A stretch of 64,000 nucleotides of DNA, from positions 1 through 64,000 of IMG/VR virus record IMGVR_UViG_3300021092_002038; one strand, written 5' to 3'. How positions within the stretch are numbered: position 1 is the stretch's first letter; every line of letters starts with the position of its first letter. The position numbers were made by a program, and so were the translations under genes. Source of the stretch: a virus. Shown in pieces: positions 9,994 to 19,443 of this stretch. The notes beneath the pieces were generated by a model, which was given only the letters and a program-made list of their open reading frames with translations, had not been told where the DNA came from and did no database searches.

Positions 9994-10754
9994 ATTCTCC
10001 AGCCTCCACCTTTTGATTTATACCACTTGGCGGCCCATCCGTTGGCATAAGCTGAGGGATAGACGTCAAATTTAGATCTAGCGGCAGATTTAGCTCTGGC
10101 CCAAAGCGCAGGATTAGTTGGCTTTGGTTTCTTAGACTTTTTCTTAGATTTCTTTTCATTTAAATTACAATCACATCCTTTTGTATTATCAGAACTGTGA
10201 TCTTTTTTTATTATCGGTTCACTTCTACGACCCAAAACTTCTCCATCAGATGTATCTCCAATGGTTCCGATTGCGTTTTTTATTATATTGTTTGAGTTTC
10301 CTATTCTAGGTATATCATTTATAGGATGATCGGCGTCTCCCAGTCCTGAATTTGTTGATGGAATAAATTCTTTTGCTAGTCCTGCCTTTACCAATTTAGT
10401 ATAATATTTAGGATCTTTTGCCAAATGATCTAAGGCTATTTCGGTAGCCACGTTTATATCGTTAGTATGTTCCATCTCAACTTGAACACCTGTAGATAAT
10501 TCCGAGGTATCTACATCCTCAGTAGCTGTGGTATCGCCACTGCCACCTTTTAATTTATTATTTTGTTCAGATGGTTTGTTTTCAAATTCACTAAAAAAAT
10601 CTTTATATTTCATAGATTCATCCTTTAATTTTTCAAAAGTTTTTCCGGTATCATATCCATAATCAATCATCCATCGTCTACCTTTCATAGCAGGATGTCC
10701 AATTATCGGGTCATTTAATTGTTCTTTACCTAAAGTTTTATAATTATTTGCCAT
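9990..10754 (-). CDS. DUF5661-like modular protein, probable internal head protein
   Basis: GVQVEMEHTNDINVATEIALDHLAKDPKYYTKL motif plus a basic C-terminal PTNPALW...YPSAYANGW...KGGGW module. Confidence 0.65.
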   Translation of the reverse strand: MANNYKTLGKEQLNDPIIGHPAMKGRRWMIDYGYDTGKTFEKLKDESMKYKDFFSEFENKPSEQNNKLKGGSGDTTATEDVDTSELSTGVQVEMEHTNDINVATEIALDHLAKDPKYYTKLVKAGLAKEFIPSTNSGLGDADHPINDIPRIGNSNNIIKNAIGTIGDTSDGEVLGRRSEPIIKKDHSSDNTKGCDCNLNEKKSKKKSKKPKPTNPALWARAKSAARSKFDVYPSAYANGWAAKWYKSKGGGWRM

Positions 10755-11616
10755 AATTTCTTTTAGACTTTATTTTTTCTTCAGTTTGTCTATACGCATC
10801 AACAACTCTTTTATCCACGTTTCTGTTTTTCAATTTGGAATTTTTTTCAATTATACCGTCAAAAATTTGTTTAAAAATTTGTTTTTTACCAATACCCGCC
10901 TCTTTAGATTCCTCGATGGCTGGTGTTGCGTTGTCAATTTTTGACTTTACTTCTTCTGAGGAAAGTTTTTCTCCTGTAAATGTGTCACCTTCTTCCGATT
11001 TGAACCAATAAATTCCATCAGGAGACACATTCTGCAAAACCATTTTGCGGCCATCGACATACAGAATGGATTCAACTACATGACCGGGAACTGAAACTTT
11101 AATTATTTCGTCGAAATCAACAAATGAACCGAAGTATTTACGTTTGCCGTTACCCAACGAGCGGGTCTTTGAAATATAAACGTTATTCGATTTTCCTTTG
11201 GTTTCATTGATGACAACCCTTGACGATTCTTTCATAAAATTATCGTCTATATTTAACATATTTAATTTTGAATAATACGTAGGGTCTTTTTTTAGATTAT
11301 CAATCACCATTTGTTTTGCGTATGATTTATTTTTATAAAACATACGTTTTAATTCATAATTTAATCCGCACAAAATTTCATCAGGAGTAACTTTGTCTTT
11401 AATGAAATCTATATCCTTTTGATCGGGTCCGGTAACTCGTGTAGAAGTATAAGAATCTATTTTATTTTGACCGGCAGGATAAAAATTAATTGGATGTTGA
11501 GAGACATCCGGCGAGGTATAAGTAGAAACTCCAGGATTTACAATTCCTGAAGTGCCGTATGATATTCCCGTGGCCATTCTATCCCCAAGATCGGTTTCGT
11601 TTACACTTTGATTCAT
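10744..11616 (-). CDS. Hypothetical modular protein (degenerate DUF5661-like segment)
   Basis: GLNYEL...AKQMVIDNLKKDPTYYSKL resembles the adjacent gene's motif. TATTTATG lies upstream at 11621-11628. Confidence 0.55.
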   Translation of the reverse strand: MNQSVNETDLGDRMATGISYGTSGIVNPGVSTYTSPDVSQHPINFYPAGQNKIDSYTSTRVTGPDQKDIDFIKDKVTPDEILCGLNYELKRMFYKNKSYAKQMVIDNLKKDPTYYSKLNMLNIDDNFMKESSRVVINETKGKSNNVYISKTRSLGNGKRKYFGSFVDFDEIIKVSVPGHVVESILYVDGRKMVLQNVSPDGIYWFKSEEGDTFTGEKLSSEEVKSKIDNATPAIEESKEAGIGKKQIFKQIFDGIIEKNSKLKNRNVDKRVVDAYRQTEEKIKSKRNYGK

Positions 11617-11767
11617 AATGCATAAATATCAAATAAAAATGTATTTATACAAACTAAAAACTATCTTTTACAGTGACAACTTAATTATTTTATCTATAAC
11701 CATTTTCTAGCAGTAAAAATTACAAGAAAACCAACAAAACTATAACTTGGGTTGATCTAGCTATGTC

Positions 11768-12307
11768 TCATCTATATTCAGGTAATAATAGTCGCCATCT
11801 TCTTAAATCTATAGGTTTTATTCCTGAATCTATCTTTTTTATCATTTCCAATGCTTCGTCTATGGTATTATAGATATAATGCGGTGGAAGTAATCCCATT
11901 AACCAAAGAGGAGTCTGTTTTTTGTTATTTACTACCAAAAAAATCGGTTTTTTTTGTTGATCGGCTATCACTATTTCATGCATTGTTCCAAAAGTGGGTT
12001 TTTGTATTTCAAGATTGACAATAATATAATCCGATAAGTCTATAAGTCTTAAATCTTTTTGAACTACTCCCCTCATATAATTATGAACATATTCGTAGTC
12101 TTCATTTTCTCTTGCCAATTTTAATTTTTTTCTATCTTCATCCGCCTCGTTATTCTGAAACATAAACATTGTATCTAGTGGAGACAATACTTTAATTTCT
12201 AGTTTTTCTAATTCATTAGCCACATAACTTCTCCAATTTGTTGCGTCATTGGTATACTCCATGTTTCCGGCCAAATACACCTTTGTATTTTTTAATATGT
12301 TTTTCAT
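11768..12307 (-). CDS. Nucleoside 2-deoxyribosyltransferase-like protein
   Basis: KVYLAG, NWR, VLSP, DLRLIDLSD and GTMHE motifs. The start is moved to the ATG at 12307, which gives an ATGA overlap with the upstream stop. Confidence 0.8.
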   Translation of the reverse strand: MKNILKNTKVYLAGNMEYTNDATNWRSYVANELEKLEIKVLSPLDTMFMFQNNEADEDRKKLKLARENEDYEYVHNYMRGVVQKDLRLIDLSDYIIVNLEIQKPTFGTMHEIVIADQQKKPIFLVVNNKKQTPLWLMGLLPPHYIYNTIDEALEMIKKIDSGIKPIDLRRWRLLLPEYR

Positions 12308-13260
12308 TTTGTGACGGTTTTCAATATTGAAGCTATACATGCCATAAAAGTGATTTCTTTGTCTACAACCAAACTGCTTTGATGAATATACTCAGCAATT
12401 GTAATTATTACACTTATGTCTTTTCCCCGAGCATATTCCGATACTTTATCATACATAACAGAATAATATTCTTCAAATATCTTTATATCATTGTCGGCCA
12501 CTAACTGTCTAATAGTATTGAACGAACTTAATGTGTTATTTGACGTTTTTAATAAATCTATTAATTTGTTTTTAACGTCGACGCCTACTGCGTTATACGA
12601 GTTTACCTTCAACTTTGAATCTAAAGTGTTTTGTTGAGCAAAATTAAGTATCTTACGAATATCAGGATAATAATTGTTTATTATACTTCCAATATCGTCT
12701 AATGTATATTCTACTTTTTCCATATCTAAAATTTTCTTTAAGTGTATGGCAATTTCTTTTTTACTGATAGGGTTTATTTGATAAGTTTGACATCGTGAAA
12801 TAATTGGCGCGATAATTTTCTCTTGATAATTACAAGTTAATATAAATCTTGTAGTCAGACTAAAGGTTTCCATCAAGTTTCTCAATGCTCCCATTGCTTC
12901 GGCACTTAAAAAGTCACATTCATCTAGAATAATTACTTTTAAATTATTAAATCCTGTTGTTGATGCGAATCCCTTTATTTTTGTTCTTACACTTTCTACA
13001 CTATTTTCATCGCTTGCGTTTATGTACATTACATCACACGGTATGTTTTTTGTAATTAATTTGGCCAGAGTGGTCTTTCCTACTCCTGCGGTTCCGTAAA
13101 ACATTAAGTGGGGAATATCTTTTTTATCTATAAAAGATTTTACTGTTTCTTTAAGATGTTCACTTCCAATATAACCATTCAACGTATCAGGTCGATATTT
13201 TTCAACCCAAAGATAGTGCACATCTTGTTTTTTTATTTCTTCTTCAAATATAAAGCTCAT
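12304..13260 (-). CDS. Clamp loader AAA+ subunit (T4 gp44 / RFC-small-like)
   Basis: LWVEKYRP, GTAGVGKTT, INASDE, ILDECD and SRC motifs. Confidence 0.95.
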   Translation of the reverse strand: MSFIFEEEIKKQDVHYLWVEKYRPDTLNGYIGSEHLKETVKSFIDKKDIPHLMFYGTAGVGKTTLAKLITKNIPCDVMYINASDENSVESVRTKIKGFASTTGFNNLKVIILDECDFLSAEAMGALRNLMETFSLTTRFILTCNYQEKIIAPIISRCQTYQINPISKKEIAIHLKKILDMEKVEYTLDDIGSIINNYYPDIRKILNFAQQNTLDSKLKVNSYNAVGVDVKNKLIDLLKTSNNTLSSFNTIRQLVADNDIKIFEEYYSVMYDKVSEYARGKDISVIITIAEYIHQSSLVVDKEITFMACIASILKTVTK

Positions 13261-13282
13261 ATTGATATGATCACATAAAAAT

Positions 13283-13313
13283 ACACATATGTAAATTTTT
13301 TTTACATATGTGT
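13283..13313. terminator. 13-bp inverted repeat, probable terminator after the sliding clamp gene
   Basis: acacatatgtaaa-ttttt-tttacatatgtgt, followed by a T-rich tract on the minus strand. Confidence 0.6.
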
Positions 13314-13329
13314 TATTGTCTAATATACA

Positions 13330-14070
13330 TTAGTCTAGACTTTTAATTTCAACCATATAATATGTAGATTCAAATTCGTCGTTTGTAAACGTAATGGTAG
13401 CTAACCCACTGTTGCTGACTTTTAGTACGGCTGATTCACAGTCATTATTAACCGCCAATATTTCTTTAAAATACGTTGCGTTGAAACTTAAATTTTTATC
13501 AACGGTTTTTTTGTCATTTAAACAGTTTACCGCAAGTGTGATACGATTGCTATTTAATTTAGAATATCCCATCACCATTTCTAATTTCTTTTTCTTATTC
13601 ATTAATAAAGTAAAAGTGTCAACTTCAGGAAGAGCAGATTTAGCTTTACAAAATCTTGTTACAAACTCCGAATTAATTTCAATTTCTGCGTTAAACTCAG
13701 GAAGTTTTTTCAAATTTGGAGCGGTAGGAATTATATTTAAATCGGCCGTTATAAATTGGGCCTCCGCATTTGTATCCATAATACTCAATGAAGTAATTTT
13801 ATTATCTTTTTTATTAAGATTCAAAGTAACATCATTATCCATTACAGATAACATCTTTACCAATTTACCTGTATCATACACACCGATTTCGGAATTTTCT
13901 TCTATTGCTTCAAAGTTCTTTTGTGTTACATCCAATAACACATTTTTTTCTTCGGTAATACTCTTAGTGTTAAGAATTTTCTTATCTGAATCCACCATCC
14001 ATTTTACCGAGTCGATTACGCCGTTCAAAGAATATTTTTTGATAAATTTTTCGAGTGTTTGTTTTTTCAT
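13330..14070 (-). CDS. Sliding clamp (T4 gp45-like)
   Basis: 246 aa with IGVYDTGKL and FNATYFKEIL...LKVSNSGL motifs, located between DNA polymerase and clamp loader. Confidence 0.8.
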   Translation of the reverse strand: MKKQTLEKFIKKYSLNGVIDSVKWMVDSDKKILNTKSITEEKNVLLDVTQKNFEAIEENSEIGVYDTGKLVKMLSVMDNDVTLNLNKKDNKITSLSIMDTNAEAQFITADLNIIPTAPNLKKLPEFNAEIEINSEFVTRFCKAKSALPEVDTFTLLMNKKKKLEMVMGYSKLNSNRITLAVNCLNDKKTVDKNLSFNATYFKEILAVNNDCESAVLKVSNSGLATITFTNDEFESTYYMVEIKSLD

Positions 14071-14132
14071 ATTTTTTATATTTTTTATACTGTATTTAGA
14101 TTAACATGGTAAGTTGAAGTTGTAAACTTGTT

Positions 14133-14284
14133 TTATAGTTCAAAAAACTGTTCTGAGTATTTGTTTATAGGAGTGAGTTTAAGGCCAGTCAAATCCAAAT
14201 CTCCCAATTTTCTAAATACCAGTAAATATTTATGTGTTTTTAAGGTTATTCTTTTTGAAGCACACTTAAGTTTTTATATTTCAT
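14133..14284 (-). pseudogene. Remnant of a probable DNA methyltransferase (internal deletion)
   Basis: ATG at 14284 (MKYKNL...) stops after 12 codons. An out-of-frame piece KCASKRITLKTHKYLLVFRKLG...QFFEL* resembles the K.HEY.LVFRK motif of N4/N6 MTases. Confidence 0.5.
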
Positions 14285-14287
14285 ATA

Positions 14288-16816
14288 TTAAAAATTAAAG
14301 AACTCTTCTGCCTTACGACTTTCAACGCTTGGATAATCCCATTTTAAAATCGAATAAAAGTCGGCCAATTTGGTTTTTAACTCTTGTTCATACATCGCAT
14401 TTCTGTCTACGTATTGTTCAATGAACTCTATTATTTGTTTTGGATCTGTACCGTCGGCTTTCATCGCCAACGCGTCTATACCAAATTCATTTTGTTTTAT
14501 ATATACCCATTTAATTTTTTGACCATCAAAAATTGGAGGAATGAATTTATTTAATTTCCAATAGCCTATCAAATCGTTATACATTAGTGCAGATTTTACT
14601 TGAGCCGGCGTTCCTTTTATCGTTTGAAATGGTTTTCTAGTTTTTGGATTATAAGTTTTAATTTTATCTTGACTAACAAATTTTACGGATGTGTTTTTTG
14701 CTAAATCAATAACCGGCACATTTTTTAATTCCTCAACAAAATTAATTATAGAATTATCTATTTGTCTAGCGTCAACCTTCTTAAGAATATTTATTAAAAA
14801 TTCATTCATGAATTTCCTAAACTTGATAGGAAAACTTGTTCTAACCACGTCGATTCCCTTAACTTCAAGTTCATCACATTCAATACCACCTTTATTTATG
14901 ATGAATTGACAATATCGTTTTTTCGCCAACCAAAAACTACTCTTGGAAATCACTTCTTGTTTAGCATCAAATCGATGTTTGTCAATATTAAAAAATCGTT
15001 TAGCCATCACATTATAAAAATCATTTACAAATTGTTGAACTTCGGATGTGACTTTTAAAATAGCACAAGTCATTTGAGATTCGTCATTTCTATCAATATC
15101 AGGCATGGTTTTTTCTATAATAGGCACAGCACTAGAAAAACAAGAATCGGTATCAACATATATCACGTAATCACCATCTTCGTTTAAAACTTTTTTATAA
15201 TAAAGATTTATAGCTTTATTTGTGGTTTTAATAATATCCTGACCTGTTAGTGTTACTGCTTCCGCATTGTTTCTGTTATAAAATCTAAATACAGGCAATC
15301 CCAATACTCCATAAGCACTATTTAGTAGAATTTTTTGAACTCTTTGTCGACCATCAAAAAATTCATACTTATCCCACTCTTTTTTATCCGCGTGATTTTT
15401 CGCTAATTTTCTTAAATTTTTTCTCTCATCGAACCACTTAATTAAAATCGAAGGAATCAAGCCGACTTTTTCTGTATTATACATCACCCCATTTGATGCG
15501 ATTGATAATTTATTTTTTGACAAAAATTCTTTAAATTCTTCAGATTCGTATTTTGTTCCTGATATACTTATATCTTTCAGTTCTCCTTTCAAATATTTTT
15601 CTATATCCCAGTTATCCACTTTTGAAATAACTGTTTCAGGACTAATATTTAGACTAATCATTATATTTGGATACATAGATGTCAAATCCAAATCAAATAC
15701 CCAATCATATCTTCCTGGAATAGGGTCTTTTACGTAAGCTCCTTCAAATCCCTCTTGTTCACCATTTTCGACGTCAGTTAATTCGTCGGTTTCAATCAAA
15801 GGTTTATTTGGTGCCACCAATCCATTACGACGAAGATAAATTAGCATCGCACCTTCAATATATCTACTACTTCTACCGAAACACTCATACGGAACGTGGC
15901 CGGTATGGCAAATGTTTCTAGCCAAATCTATAAATTTTAATTTTTTATCAATCGCTACCACAATTTTAACGTCGTTTAAGTTGTATTCAATATATTTGTT
16001 TATATCGTTTTTATACAAATCATTCAAACTACCTGTATAAGTAATTTTATCCATGCCTACTACTCTTTTACCCACCGCCGACAAAGCATAACTGGGTTCA
16101 TTCCTCTGAATAAACTTCTTGTAGAGTTCCATATAATCCAAAACTGATACTCCTGCTATTACCAACTCACGAGAGAATTTGTTTATATAAACACATTTTA
16201 TCGTCGACAATCTTTGAATTTCAGTTTTTCCCATTACTCTTACAATTCGATTATATAAATAAGGCATATCAAACTGAGCAACATTCCATCCAGTAAGAAT
16301 AGTCGGTTGAATTTCTTCAATTTTTGTCAGAAATGCTGAAATCAACGATTCTTCATTATTAAATGATCGAATCTCTACACTGTCATTTGTGGAGTCTTTA
16401 ATTTGCGCATCTTTATCTAAAATTAATGCAAGATATTTGTTTGTAATATCGTCATACAATGCAATTGCAGTAATTTTTTTGTCTCCTTCGTCTATGTTAG
16501 GAAATCCATCTTCAGTGTCGACCTCAATATCTAAAAATACAATTCTATGTCCGGTTGAGGGTTCGTCGGAATTTTCGTAAGCATCTATTAAAACTTTGGT
16601 GGTTATAGGCACATCGCTTTCAAACAAACTCGGATCTCTAGGAGAAAACTTTGTGATTTTTTCAAGCTCATCACCATATAAAGATTTATATCTTCCTCCG
16701 GATTTTCTTCTGTAAGCATAAGTTACGTCTGATTCAGGAATCGTCATTTTCCCCCGTTGGTCATCCCAAACGTAAATTATTCCTTCTTTTTTACTATGAA
16801 AAATATTTTGATACAT
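14288..16816 (-). CDS. DNA polymerase family B (T4 gp43-like)
   Basis: Exonuclease motifs FLDIEVD, GWNVAQFD and YNLND; polymerase motifs DLTSMYP, KILLNSAYG, YVDTDS and KKRY. Confidence 0.97.
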   Translation of the reverse strand: MYQNIFHSKKEGIIYVWDDQRGKMTIPESDVTYAYRRKSGGRYKSLYGDELEKITKFSPRDPSLFESDVPITTKVLIDAYENSDEPSTGHRIVFLDIEVDTEDGFPNIDEGDKKITAIALYDDITNKYLALILDKDAQIKDSTNDSVEIRSFNNEESLISAFLTKIEEIQPTILTGWNVAQFDMPYLYNRIVRVMGKTEIQRLSTIKCVYINKFSRELVIAGVSVLDYMELYKKFIQRNEPSYALSAVGKRVVGMDKITYTGSLNDLYKNDINKYIEYNLNDVKIVVAIDKKLKFIDLARNICHTGHVPYECFGRSSRYIEGAMLIYLRRNGLVAPNKPLIETDELTDVENGEQEGFEGAYVKDPIPGRYDWVFDLDLTSMYPNIMISLNISPETVISKVDNWDIEKYLKGELKDISISGTKYESEEFKEFLSKNKLSIASNGVMYNTEKVGLIPSILIKWFDERKNLRKLAKNHADKKEWDKYEFFDGRQRVQKILLNSAYGVLGLPVFRFYNRNNAEAVTLTGQDIIKTTNKAINLYYKKVLNEDGDYVIYVDTDSCFSSAVPIIEKTMPDIDRNDESQMTCAILKVTSEVQQFVNDFYNVMAKRFFNIDKHRFDAKQEVISKSSFWLAKKRYCQFIINKGGIECDELEVKGIDVVRTSFPIKFRKFMNEFLINILKKVDARQIDNSIINFVEELKNVPVIDLAKNTSVKFVSQDKIKTYNPKTRKPFQTIKGTPAQVKSALMYNDLIGYWKLNKFIPPIFDGQKIKWVYIKQNEFGIDALAMKADGTDPKQIIEFIEQYVDRNAMYEQELKTKLADFYSILKWDYPSVESRKAEEFFNF

Positions 16817-16822
16817 TATTCT

Positions 16823-17050
16823 TTATTGTATTTGAAATTTTTCTTTGAGACAACTAAATATATGTCTTCCGGCCTCTGCAATCTGTGGTTCAGCGTTTTT
16901 AATTATAAATTCTAAATATTTAGTTTTTAAAAATGGAATTATAGATTTTGTGAATTCATAAGGTAAAATTCTAGGCTGAGTTGTATTTAGGATATACAAC
17001 AACATATTTAACTCGTCTTCATTTAAGGAATTCAATCGTTCTAATTTCAC
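16823..17050 (-). CDS. Hypothetical protein
   Basis: 75 aa with a GTG start 6 nt below a sigma70-like -10 box. Confidence 0.55.
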   Translation of the reverse strand: MKLERLNSLNEDELNMLLYILNTTQPRILPYEFTKSIIPFLKTKYLEFIIKNAEPQIAEAGRHIFSCLKEKFQIQ

Positions 17051-17056
17051 GATTAA

Positions 17057-17084
17057 ATTTTACCACCTAAAAAAAACATGTCAA
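17057..17084 (-). promoter_or_regulatory. Sigma70-like promoter (TTGACA-N16-TAAAAT) driving the DNA polymerase operon
   Basis: Reverse complement of tgtcaa 17079-17084 and atttta 17057-17062, with an extended -10 TG. Confidence 0.7.
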
Positions 17085-17848
17085 CGAATTTTTATCCCAA
17101 TAACTTTTTTATCGATCAAAACAAACATTGTTTCGTTTGAAAGTGAAACCAAATCATTGCAACTCTGTGTAATAGTTTTAACGTCATCCGGTTGTATTGG
17201 TTTAATAACAGCCGTTGGTCTGCCGTTATTCATGGTATCCATTCCTTTTAGAGAAAGACTATAATATGTAGATACGTGTGCAAAATTTCCTTCTGCGATT
17301 TTTAATTCTTTACTCTCAATAACCTTATGAATTGTAGCAGATCCTTCAAGAACCGCGATCACCGTCGTTTTATCTTGAACTACTATACGAAACTTTCCGA
17401 CTTTTAAAGTCATCGATACTCTAGGAGTTTGCAACATAAATATTCCGTTTGTGGATGTATTAACCACATCTAATACTCCTGACATTAAACTGAATACATA
17501 ATTTTGGTTATCGCACACGAGTATCGAAGGTACTGTCGTATTATTTTTAATGGTTGATGAAAAAGTATGCAATTTTAGCTGTGAATTTTCATTCAAAGAA
17601 ACTAATGTTCGATCTGAAAATTGAAATTTAAATGTGGAATTGGTAGTTGTTTCAAAATCAATCTGACAATTTTCGTGTTTATACGTATTTCCTAAAATTA
17701 TATTGTTGGTTATAATTTTACCATCGTCTTGAAAAATCAGATTGTTTATCGTACCTACTTGTTTTAAAGGATAGTAAGACACGGTGTCTTGTGAAAAAGC
17801 TGACACAGTTAGTAATAAAAGAGTATAAATTATGTTTTTCATAATCAA
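17081..17848 (-). CDS. Secreted FecR-domain protein
   Basis: Signal peptide MKNIIYTLLLLTVSAFS, then FSDRTLVSLNENSQL, LMSGVL, LQTP and VAVLEGSA-like FecR motifs. Confidence 0.75.
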   Translation of the reverse strand: MIMKNIIYTLLLLTVSAFSQDTVSYYPLKQVGTINNLIFQDDGKIITNNIILGNTYKHENCQIDFETTTNSTFKFQFSDRTLVSLNENSQLKLHTFSSTIKNNTTVPSILVCDNQNYVFSLMSGVLDVVNTSTNGIFMLQTPRVSMTLKVGKFRIVVQDKTTVIAVLEGSATIHKVIESKELKIAEGNFAHVSTYYSLSLKGMDTMNNGRPTAVIKPIQPDDVKTITQSCNDLVSLSNETMFVLIDKKVIGIKIR

Positions 17849-17893
17849 ATATAAGTAGTAGACATCTAAGATAAAAGATGATATTCATAAAGT

Positions 17894-18772
17894 ATGGATG
17901 AAAATAATAAGAAAAAAGTAAGTTACTCTCAATATTCTAACTGGTTTAAATGTCCTCATAGATGGTATTTAGACTACGTAAAAAATCTCAGAACATTTGA
18001 GGGTTCGATAAATACATGCTTTGGCACCGCTATACACGAAGTTATACAAACTTATGTAGAAACTTTATATACAAAAGGACATGAAGAGGCCGAGAAATTA
18101 AATGTAAATGCACATTTTAAAGAGGTATTCGAGAAAGAATTGAAGAACGAAAAAAATGCAGTCAAATATACTGAAGAAGAATTTGTTGAATTTTGTTTTG
18201 ACGGCGAAGATATTTTGACCACCTTTTTATCTACGGCGAATCGACTTAAACATTTTCCCAGTAAAAAATATGAATTTATAGGCGCAGAATTGCCCTTGGA
18301 AGTTGATATAAAAAACAATGTGGTATTTGTAGCATTTATAGACTTGGTATTAAGAGATAAAGAAACAGGAAAATATAAAATAATTGATTTTAAAACTTCT
18401 TCAAGTGGTTGGAACAGTTATATGAAAGAAGATGAAAGTAAATATAGTCAATTGCTTCTATATAAGGCTTTTTATAGTAAGAAATTTAATGTGTCTCTGA
18501 GTGAGATAGAAGTGGAATTTTTAATTCTAAAGAGAAAATTATATGAGAGTGTAAACTTTCCACAAAGTCGTATTCAAAAATTTGTTCCAACAAATCATTC
18601 TCCCGCGATTGCACAATCTTTGAACGGATTTACTTTATTTATAAATGAATGTTTTAATTCTGATGGAACTTATAAGGTCGATGGAAAATATTTAAAAGTC
18701 CCTGGAAAAGGAAAGAAAAATTGCAAATACTGCAATCATAAAAAAGTAAATTGTGATGCAAAGGAAGATTAA
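17894..18772 (+). CDS. PD-(D/E)XK nuclease, RecB/Cas4-like exonuclease
   Basis: SYSQ...CP, FGTAIH, E-LP, FIDLV and IIDFKT motifs, with a C-terminal CKYC...C. Confidence 0.9.
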   Translation: MDENNKKKVSYSQYSNWFKCPHRWYLDYVKNLRTFEGSINTCFGTAIHEVIQTYVETLYTKGHEEAEKLNVNAHFKEVFEKELKNEKNAVKYTEEEFVEFCFDGEDILTTFLSTANRLKHFPSKKYEFIGAELPLEVDIKNNVVFVAFIDLVLRDKETGKYKIIDFKTSSSGWNSYMKEDESKYSQLLLYKAFYSKKFNVSLSEIEVEFLILKRKLYESVNFPQSRIQKFVPTNHSPAIAQSLNGFTLFINECFNSDGTYKVDGKYLKVPGKGKKNCKYCNHKKVNCDAKED

Positions 18773-19050
18773 TATGTTGCTATTAAATTGCCGTCATTAT
18801 AAAATTTCAAAAAAGAAACAGAGTGTTTTATTTTTATAGTATATGCATATGAACTTATATATGTTACAGCTATGTATTCATACATTTGTTTACATTCTTT
18901 TAGCTTTATTTCCTTTTCTCGGGGTTGTGCACAGTTGCATAAAGCAATATATTGATCTACAGTTTTTACAAAATTATCAAATGGAGAATTATTTTGTAAT
19001 CCTGATTCTTTTATTAAATTATACAATTGTGTAAAATTGTTTATGTTCAC
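18769..19050 (-). CDS. Hypothetical protein
   Basis: 93-aa ORF overlapping both neighbours by 4 nt. Confidence 0.55.
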   Translation of the reverse strand: MNINNFTQLYNLIKESGLQNNSPFDNFVKTVDQYIALCNCAQPREKEIKLKECKQMYEYIAVTYISSYAYTIKIKHSVSFLKFYNDGNLIATY

Positions 19051-19388
19051 TGTATATTAATTAATTTTGATAATAAATAGTAACTCGTCAAAATAATTAA
19101 AACGTGAAAACAATATATTCCTAAACTAAAAGTATAAAACAGAATCGGCAAACACAACCATACTGACAAGCATATTGGGCAAGTAATTAGTCGTGTAAAA
19201 AAATTATTGTGATATTTTCTTAAATATAAATGATAGTTTAATTCAAAATCTTGAAGTTTTTCTTTTTCAAATTTATCTACCTTAAATAATTTAGACAAAC
19301 GAAATAATTTTACATATTCCAAAAATGCATCAGTTTTGAACCACACTATTAATAATAGCACAAAAATAAATATATAATTGTATTTCAT
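19047..19388 (-). CDS. Small membrane protein (DUF1360-like CPxC motif)
   Basis: Hydrophobic segments and the LITCPICLSVW motif. Confidence 0.6.
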   Translation of the reverse strand: MKYNYIFIFVLLLIVWFKTDAFLEYVKLFRLSKLFKVDKFEKEKLQDFELNYHLYLRKYHNNFFTRLITCPICLSVWLCLPILFYTFSLGIYCFHVLIILTSYYLLSKLINIQ

Positions 19389-19443
19389 AATATTTAATGA
19401 TATAAATGTCGTATATATATATGTGTGTAAATATTAATTTGTT

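Noticed and set aside
11629-11767. Plus-strand TATTTATA at 11642-11649 followed by ~120 nt without an ORF
   Set aside because: It could be a decayed gene or a small RNA, but I found no convincing stem or protein motif.
13394-14104. 236-aa plus-strand ORF and the many other short plus-strand ORFs overlapping minus-strand genes
   Set aside because: They lie antisense to clearly identified genes and have the F/S/I-rich composition typical of shadow frames.
17894-18772. CRISPR-Cas locus
   Set aside because: There are no other cas genes and no repeat-spacer array. All repeats seen are tandem and lack unique spacers.
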